Both the position numbers and the translations under genes were made by a program. From the NCBI GenBank assembly GCA_951406725.2, contig OX597815.1, forward strand, positions 209,684,001 to 209,748,000: 64,000 nucleotides of DNA, written 5' to 3'. Positions 55,023 to 64,000 of the stretch are shown here, one piece after another; the stretch's first letter is position 1; the number at the start of each line of letters is the position of its first letter. The notes beneath the pieces are model-generated. The model had not been told where the DNA came from. It ran no database searches and saw nothing but the letters and a program-made list of their open reading frames with translations. Source of the stretch: Octopus vulgaris. Lineage: Eukaryota.

Positions 55023-56030
55023 TATATATAATGTTATATATAGAAGAAAAATGGGAGATATATAGATATATGAAGGAAGACAAAAGGAAGAGGAACCCGG
55101 GCATAAAATATATTAAGATAAGAAAACTGAATTATTGTTGGATCGTGTGTGTCATCATATTCATCGAGGTTGTCGTTGCTGTTGTCATCGTCGTGAACAT
55201 CATCATTATCATCGTAACCAACACACCTTTAACGCTGTCATCATTTTAATGACTCTCTTTTCCATGTTAAAACTTATTAGTAGAGTTAAAATTCACCGAA
55301 TGTTTAGCAGTATGAATAAAATAGCATTGAAATTCTGCTTAAATGACATCTTAATGAGATTTTCTTTCAGAAACTGGAAATTCAGCTGGAATAGGGCGGT
55401 AAATGTGCAACTTCTTCGTATAGTAGACGAAAATAGAAACAACCAAAAAATATATTAAAAAATACAAAATAGGACCAAAAAATAAAATAATAATAATAAT
55501 AATAATAACGTTGACACCAACAATAGCAAAGACAACATCATTTAAGCAGTTTGAAACAAAATCGAAGAAAAAAATAAAGGAAAAATTGAAAGTGAATAAA
55601 AAATGTTGAATAAAAAGGAAAAAAATAATCTGAAAAAAACAAGAGAGAAAGAAATCGCACAAAAGAATCAAGAAGTAAAAGAGTCTTTGAATGAATCCTC
55701 CACCCCTTTTTCTGATTGGCTGGTTAATCAATCTACAACAGTGAACATTAAGGGACAATAAATTTAAATGCATTGATTGATTTGGTTAATGTGTCTAATT
55801 GTATTTTCCTTCGTTGAAATATTCTTACTGATAATGACAAACACAACATCATGCTGGGTGCAGTGTGGAAAGCTTAACAACATTTTTTTTATTAATCTTT
55901 TTTTCCTCTCAAATTTGTTCTTGCTAATTGTTTAAGAATGCCAATGAAAATTCAGCAGTGGTAAGTGATAATAATAATAATAACAAAACAAAATAAAATG
56001 AAATGATTCTAAACTAAAATAAACAACAAC

Positions 56031-56083
<53 letters not shown>

Positions 56084-56399
56084 CCCACTGCGGTCAAGGA
56101 AAATAGAAAACAAAGTTTCGTCTTGCCAACAGAATTCACCTAGATGCAGCAATATTTTAATGCACAGCTAGAATTATAATAAATGAAATTCATTTGCAAG
56201 TTCTAAATAATTTAACTCCAACAATTAAATCAGAATCAGGGAATAAATTGGAATTAATATTTTTAAACCGATTTGAAAGAGGCTTTAAAGAGGAAATTTC
56301 ATTTTATGAGGAATTTGTTTTCAAGGGCCAGAGAGCATCAGCAATGTCGTTTTCTATAGGTAGTCCACTTTAGCTAGTTCGGTGTATTGATATTTCGCG

Positions 56400-56468
56400 C
56401 GTCATCGTCGACGTCATCTTCGTCGTCATCGTCATCATCGTCGTCGACGTCGTCATCATCATCATCAA

Positions 56469-56509
<41 letters not shown>

Positions 56510-56520
56510 CCATATTAATA

Positions 56521-56565
<45 letters not shown>

Positions 56566-56598
56566 GTAATAATAACAGTAATAATAATAGTAATAATG

Positions 56599-56647
<49 letters not shown>

Positions 56648-56654
56648 TAATAAT
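56400..56654. repeat. (GTC)/(ATC)n followed by (AAT)n microsatellites
   Basis: Direct. Confidence 0.95.
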
Positions 56655-58408
56655 GTTTCTATGTCTGATTACATAGGACCAAGTGTCCTCATAATAGAAA
56701 ACATGATAACCACGAATGGATAATGCTGATCAAATGCTTTCTTTGATCAGCGGTCTTTGTGTTATAGGTCTTCTGAAGTAGAGATAACTGAGACTACACA
56801 ACAATGCCAACTACGTATGTGATTATGCATCTTTTAAACAGGAAAATAAGTCTAACTTTAACATGGAGACTTTATTGATCCTCTAATCGCTTCGATAAAG
56901 TCGACCTTTATAGAGTATATTTTGCCAGCCTAAGAAGATACTTTACGAACACGCCCACTCCTACGAAAAAAAAAAAGAAAACTTAAAAGAAATAGAAAAC
57001 CGTTAAATCTGAAATATGCTACAGGAAGTGGCATCGACAGACTTTTTAAATAAAGGAACATAATTCTCATAATCAATGTCTGCTTGTGTTATTAATACTA
57101 AAATATTCTTACATACACATTCTCCACACACACATAATACAATCAGACACCTCTCATATTCATACCTATTTCCTACACACACAATCACATATATACAAGC
57201 AAGAAACACGTCTTGAACACACTAAAAGCAAAGTATCTAACTGATAAATCAGGACACATTCATTAGCATACAAAGAACATTGACTTATGTGTGAGTTGAG
57301 ATTTCCTTCTGGTTGGTTTTAGTAAAGAAATATCTGAGTTGAGGGAGTAGATTTCTTTCAAAGCCATACAGTACAAAAGAATATAGAAAATGGAGATACG
57401 AAGTCATGGGACGGCGTATCGGATTCAATTCCCTATAGTGCTTAGTTACTACTCTTTACTTTCTGAATTTAAATTCTGTTGAGAGTATTCTTGGTTTTTA
57501 TACAAGATCGATAGAATAGGTAACATGAAATACTATGGTATTTAAATGAATATTCCCATCCTACACAAATGTTTCATCGTGTGCCAATATTAAAAATCGA
57601 TATTTCATACCACATATTTGCACAGATATGTGCGAAGATGGGTCATAATAAATCCTTGAGGAATATTAAATTTGTATAACGTTTGCTCAATTTATCGTAG
57701 AATGAATATGTGAAATGGTTACCTAAAAAGATATATTACACTTTTGGAAATATTGACTTTTGGAGTTGTTACTTTTTAACATGTACATCATCATTATATA
57801 AACAAATCTTGATTATAATCTGAAGTTATGGAAATACATTCTGCAAGCGGTATATAGTTACACCACGAATCATATTAGTTATTCTCGCTTACAAGTCATC
57901 TATAGAACGAAGTTAAGTTGAATAACCAGTAGCTTTTAAATAATCTCATAAAATAAAGTTGAAGCAATTACGAATTTTTAAAAACATGAATAAATATCCA
58001 TTAAATAGTTTGACTGATGGCAATAAAAGAGATGCATCTAGCTTTTAAATGTTTATTTTTTGTTGTTTTTACGGATGAGTTCTATCAAATAGAGAACCAT
58101 AGTTAAAAAATGGAAAATTTGTAATTTAGAATCACGCGTTGATTTTGTAATGACTCTGTATAATTAGATAAAATATACTTGAAACCAAAGCTGCAAAAAA
58201 CAGTTGATATATCTGAGAGAAGTAAATTTAATATATCTGGGATACAAACAACACATAGGTACAGTAGTAAAAAAATGGATTTGAAGTAAGGTAACAAATA
58301 ATAGTATGGAATGATTCCTAGCTTTATAACAAAATTATTGTTTTCACTAGAGAGAACAATAGTTGAAATTGACCCCTGCATATTATACATTTTTATACGT
58401 AATATAAT

Positions 58409-58830
58409 CTGTAAATAATAATAATGGTACTTATATAAGCCTAAAGCTTACAGCAATCACCGTGCAATGATTATGGGGCATACAAGCCCTCGACAGAAAA
58501 AAAGTAGGCTTTCCTATCCGAGTGGTACTCGACCCACATCCCTTTGTTAACGCGATTAAGTGTGTCACCATTACACCAGCGAATAAGCCTCCCTGTTTGT
58601 GTGAAATTTAACAACTATATTAGTTCGTACTTCTTTTTGTAAACAAACTTTATATATGCTTTCGGCTTTGTTACACGGTGCCGGGTTCTACAGTCCTGTA
58701 AATAATAATAATAGTATTTTATATAAGCCTAAAGCTTACAGAGGTCACCATGCAATGACTAAGAAAAATAGTCTCTTGCAGGGTGATCGCTGTAAGCTTT
58801 AGGCTTATATAAAACCATTATTATTATACA
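58409..58830. mobile_element. Element with direct plus inverted ~65-bp terminal repeats enclosing a tRNA-like sequence
   Basis: Repeat at 58409-58473 and 58696-58761 (direct) and 58769-58830 (inverted); tRNA-like fold at 58514-58585 on the minus strand. Confidence 0.65.
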
Positions 58831-58873
58831 TCGATACATACATTTATACATCTATACATACACACACATATAA

Positions 58874-58908
<35 letters not shown>

Positions 58909-60062
58909 CACACATACATATATATATATATACATACCATACACACATATATACATACATATACAAATACACGCATACGTCTTACATATATACACACACA
59001 CGCGCACACATACATATATATTAAAGAAATTTATATGATTTCTAGCTTGCATAACTGGACATTCGGGTATATATTGTTTTATAATACATACATATATATA
59101 CCTGCATATATACCTGCATATACATATACATACTTACGTACATACATAGATATATGCATATACAAATACACATACATACATTTGCAGATACATACTTCCA
59201 TATACACAATTACGAGCATGTATTTGTTTAAGTAAAATTTTTCTTGGTCTTTGCTTTACCAGACGTAATAACTTGTCCTGAAATTTTCCAGTCTTATATT
59301 CTTAAGAATATTATTTTTCTTACTCGCATTTTCCCATGTAATGCATGTTTTTTCTCGGCTTATACTATTACGCTAATTTATAATGTGTCAAACGTGTCAA
59401 TTAGTGGTGTCGTTGATAATTTTTTCTTTATCTCAATGATGCCGGTGACATATGTTAAAAGTCCCCTTATAGAGTTATATTCATGAAAATGGATAGAACT
59501 ATATTATCACCCTCAAATTTGAGAAACAACCGCAGCTTTTCCTTTTAAAACTTCATTGCATGAGATTGATATCAGGAAACTCCTCGAATTGAGCTTTATC
59601 ATTTAAGCCTAACTAAAATATAGTTTGTTTTTAAAAGAGAAAAGTAACTTATACTTAAATTCAAATTTTACCCTATATTTTTTCATGATATTTTTACATC
59701 ACAACCTTTTTGCTATCAATCTTTGTTGCATGAGGCCAAAACTACAAAATGCCTCATGCATTCTTCTATCCTTGAAGCTAAGATAAATGTATTTTGCTTT
59801 TAAAATGAGAAAGTTATAGAGGTCTAAACTTGATTGGTGGTGTTACTTACTCTCCCATAACATTGCAACACATTTTGATGTAAAGCTTTTCCTACTGGAC
59901 CAAATCTGAATGTTTTTAATGCCAAAATGTAGCTAGGGATAAGTATACTTCAAAACTGTTAACAGTTCACAATTTGGTTAAGAACTGAATTAGTGACAAA
60001 GTCTGAAATATGCTGCGTCTGAGTAACTTGCAGACTTAAGAATATCAGTCAACTACGGTATT

Positions 60063-60095
<33 letters not shown>

Positions 60096-60096
60096 C

Positions 60097-60146
<50 letters not shown>

Positions 60147-60192
60147 AATAATGGAATAATAATGGAATAATAGTGGAATAATGTATTGAGTG

Positions 60193-60249
<57 letters not shown>

Positions 60250-60271
60250 CATACATACATATATATATATA

Positions 60272-61146
60272 CATGGTTTGCTCAATAGGTATCCGCACTG
60301 TTGCCAAAGTAACGATGCTAAAGCATGCAGAGTTAAGCCGCTTGGCACAGATTGACCTTAAAATCTGTCCATGCGCACTATGTTTTAACGTTCTAGCTCC
60401 TTTCCGCGGTTTACAACGGTGCTTGAAAGGAACGTGTGTAACATTTGACCGACGCATTGACTATGACAGACAAAGTTGAGCGGAGAATCTGCATCAAATT
60501 TGCGATATCCGCTCAGAGGCCTACTTAAAATTTTCAAAAAAATTTCACCGTTCTCGGCATAAACCAAGGAGATCTTGTGCAATTGAACACCGTGTGACCT
60601 TTTGGTCAGCTGAAAGTAGTTTTGGTGCAAACTTGGAGGGTACGCGTGTTATACCCAAATTTAACAGGGATAATGCACTACTGAACTCTAACTAATCTGC
60701 ATATCCTCTGATAACACACGGATGGTGATTCGATGATTTCACCTCAGCTTCACGCATATCTGCAAAGTTTCTCTCAGTTCTGCTGGTTACAGGTATCTCA
60801 GAACGTTCGTGAATATCGACATTTTTGGCTATCTTGGAAACGTCTGAACCACTCGTACACTTGTGTGCGTCTCATACACCCCTGCCCATACACTTTCTGC
60901 GACTTTGCGTTGGCTTCTGAGCAGGTATCACCATGACAACTTTTTCTGTCATGCTCAATGCGACGATAACACGCTACACACCTTTCTTCCAAGCCCTCCT
61001 GTAAACAGCAAAATTGAGCTAAAGCGTTAAAACGTAATGCGTATACACAACAAAGTTCAAGGCCAATCTTTGTCAAGTGGCTTCATTCTGCGTAGTTTAG
61101 CTTCGTTACTATGGCAACAGTCCGGATATTTATTGATCAGACCTAG
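60272..61146. mobile_element. Mariner-derived element made of two inverted 5' ends
   Basis: Arms ~60272-60502 and ~60935-61146; MTDKVERRICIKF on plus; KVYGQGCMRRTQVYEWFRRFQ and SKFAPKLLSADQK (WVP-linker-like) on minus. Confidence 0.85.
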
Positions 61147-61169
61147 GATCTACATGTATGTATAGATGC

Positions 61170-61203
<34 letters not shown>

Positions 61204-62466
61204 GGAGTGGGGACGTGTAGGTTAGTGGTTCAACTATTTGGCGGCGCACGTTCATAAAGTCCTGGATTCGGTTTCTGGCGGCTCCTTGGGTCCTTGAGCA
61301 TGACATTCTTTCTTACGCCGTCTCTACACACTCAGCTGACTCTCATTCTTTCGCTATCGATAAAAATCAAATTAATTAGTCTATCAAATTGATATGTTTT
61401 GTCCTTTTTATAAATAGTATACGCACTTGAAACAGCCTTGAATATAAAAGAGAAAAAATGTGTGTATAACATTGGTAATATGTACATATATACAGTATAC
61501 TAACAAGCAGTATTCCTTCAGCTGCCTAAAATTTAAGTTTTAGGAAAGGAAGATCTTATCAGAGGTTCATTTATACATTAGCAAATGCATAAATATGGCA
61601 CCCATAACTCTATTACACAAATGTCGAAAAAATAGTAAAGATTTCTATCAGAGACTTCGATAAAAACATCAATAATTTTCCTATTAACATGCAATGATTA
61701 TTAGGCGTCAAAATCGAAGTTAAATTCTTGGGTTTCCACTGCGTATAGCACGATGAAGAAAACAACTTCTAAAACGCTTTGAAACGAATTACATGCAAGT
61801 AATCAGTAGATGCCAGAATATAAAAGGAATTAATGAATTGATAAAATGTCAAAAGAGTGTTCTTTAATATAGCTACATGTTCTTTATATATATATAAAAA
61901 CATTAACGTTCTCAATAGAATGTTACCGCATGGAGAAATAATATCAAAAAAGGACAATTTTCAGAATACGAGAAGAGTAGAAATGAACTACTTCGAAGAG
62001 AACCACCCCAAAATTAAGTTCAGAAGATTGTACAGTTTCTTAGATGTAAACTGTAACGCTTCTAACTCTACCCCTATCGTCAGCGAGAATAGAAAGTATT
62101 GAAAATTATATGTGGAAGGAAGGTTTTTCCTGGAGAAAGTCATAAGCGAATTAAACGATATGTCAGGGAGTTGAGCAAGTAGGTAACTATAAATCCTTCA
62201 AAGAATTAAGAAAATAAGTTACAGTTGAATATCATAGATAAAAATCATAGTGATGAGGAAATAAAAAAAGCAAGAAGCTTTGTGAGGTGTATACATAAAA
62301 TTAAATGCAAATAGAAACTGGAAAAGAACCACCCCAGTATGTCACTCTTCACCGTCGAGCAACTTGTACTTATGAGAAAACAAAATATAAAAATAGAAAA
62401 TAAAAAATTTAAGACAATTAAGAATTTGAACTACTTGTTCACGCGAACCAGATTCAGCTGTTGACT

Positions 62467-62467
62467 G

Positions 62468-62499
<32 letters not shown>

Positions 62500-62579
62500 T
62501 GTATGTATGTATGTATGTATGTATGTATGTATGTATGTATGTATGTATGTATGTATGTATGTATGTATGTATCTATCTG

Positions 62580-62654
<75 letters not shown>

Positions 62655-62660
62655 ATCTAT
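62467..62660. repeat. (ATGT)n-(ATCT)n microsatellite
   Basis: Direct. Confidence 0.97.
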
Positions 62661-63030
62661 CTGTCTTCCATTCTATTAATCTGTGTTTATATATATGCAT
62701 ACATATATGCAAACTCAAACATATGTTTGACTATGTGTTATAACTGATTTTACTGACAAGAAGTACTATAATTTGAATAGAAAATGAATATTTAATTGGG
62801 AAGTTCCGTACAAATCTTCAAGTAGTTTTCTTCCTACAAAATTCTCTGAATAAGACTTAGAAACATGTTTGAATATCTCTTAGCGTCATCGCATCTCTCC
62901 TCTTAGCGTCCTCTCCTCCTCTCTCTCTCTCTCTCTCTCTCTTACCGTCTCACATGCTCTCGATATACATTCATAGACACACAGGTACATAATACACACA
63001 CATACGTATATTAGTATACATACATACATA

Positions 63031-63104
<74 letters not shown>

Positions 63105-63144
63105 TTCGCTTTTTTATTTGGTTTGCAAGATTCGTGTGTTGAAG

Positions 63145-63437
63145 TATATTTTATTGTGCCTGAGTGAAGTCATTCACTTTTAGTGCCTTCTTATTAATTT
63201 AACACACTCACCGGTCCGATTTACACTCATTTACTTATTTATTTCTACTGAAATTTTCGTTGCGTCTTGCAACCTTTACAATAGTCGTTGACTCAACGAC
63301 TACTGAAATGGTTTGCCAGACGCAACGAAAATTTCAGTAGAAATAAATAAGTAAATGAGTGGAAATCGGACCGGTGAGTGTGTTAAATTAATTAGACACT
63401 AAAAGAGAATGACTCTCCCCAGATACAATAATATATA
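63145..63437. mobile_element. Palindromic element (~145-bp arms, 1-nt spacer) with decayed hammerhead-like folds
   Basis: Centre gtcgttga-c-tcaacgac at 63292; flanked by TA/TATG microsatellites. Confidence 0.75.
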
Positions 63438-64000
63438 TGAGTATGTATGTATGTATGTATGTATGTATGTATGTATGTATGTATTGGCTGATTAACAGAC
63501 TGACTGAGGGAACAGTAGCATTAAACAACCGTAAACGTCACAGAAGATAGTTCTACGTCTGTTATCATTCTTTTACATTATGGTTTCACTATCTCCAATA
63601 GAGCAGTTAATAATCTCAAGTAGAGCAGCTATTTAGTCACAAAGAATTTTCCAGTAATATCGATTTATCAGAAACATCGTGTAAAAGGAAAAAAAAAGAA
63701 AAAACAAAATAAGCTAGAACAAAGAAAATACCAAAAAGAATATTACGAACCAGTGTGGTGGAGGTAAATTTTCCTACCAATTATTAAATATGTTTTTTGT
63801 TAAATATATCAACTGTGATGAATCCATTTCTTCAAATAAGATAATATGTTCCAACTGAATTGACTACAACCAAAGATATTAGCAATCTATTAAGCAATTT
63901 CTAAATCTGTCAATGGCATTACTGCTCATATTTTATGTCGAGATGGCTAAGTTATTCCCTTTATAAAACATCTGTTGAAGTGGTGAAACTTTGAGCAATA

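Overview
AT-rich, microsatellite-dense animal DNA. The SINE families suggest a cephalopod, probably Octopus; this is from recognition, not a database search. No intact host protein-coding gene is recognisable, so the window looks intronic or intergenic, and nearly all listed ORFs are microsatellite or repeat artefacts. It holds many tRNA-derived SINEs of three modular families (A, B, C, my labels), several nested and with clear TSDs. It also holds decayed LINEs (CR1/L2-like, RTE, R4/Dong-like), a decayed Helitron Rep, mariner, hAT-like and TTAA-flanked MITEs, and a tRNA-Asn pseudogene. The most striking signal is a set of short, mutually unrelated, often fold-back elements, mostly beside (TA)n tracts and resembling Penelope-like termini. 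They carry type I hammerhead ribozyme folds whose core 3:8 pair covaries between families: C3-G8 (17.2, 23.6 kb), G3-C8 (3.65 kb) and U3-A8 (45.5 kb, probably 63.3 kb). Folds were read by eye and activity is untested.
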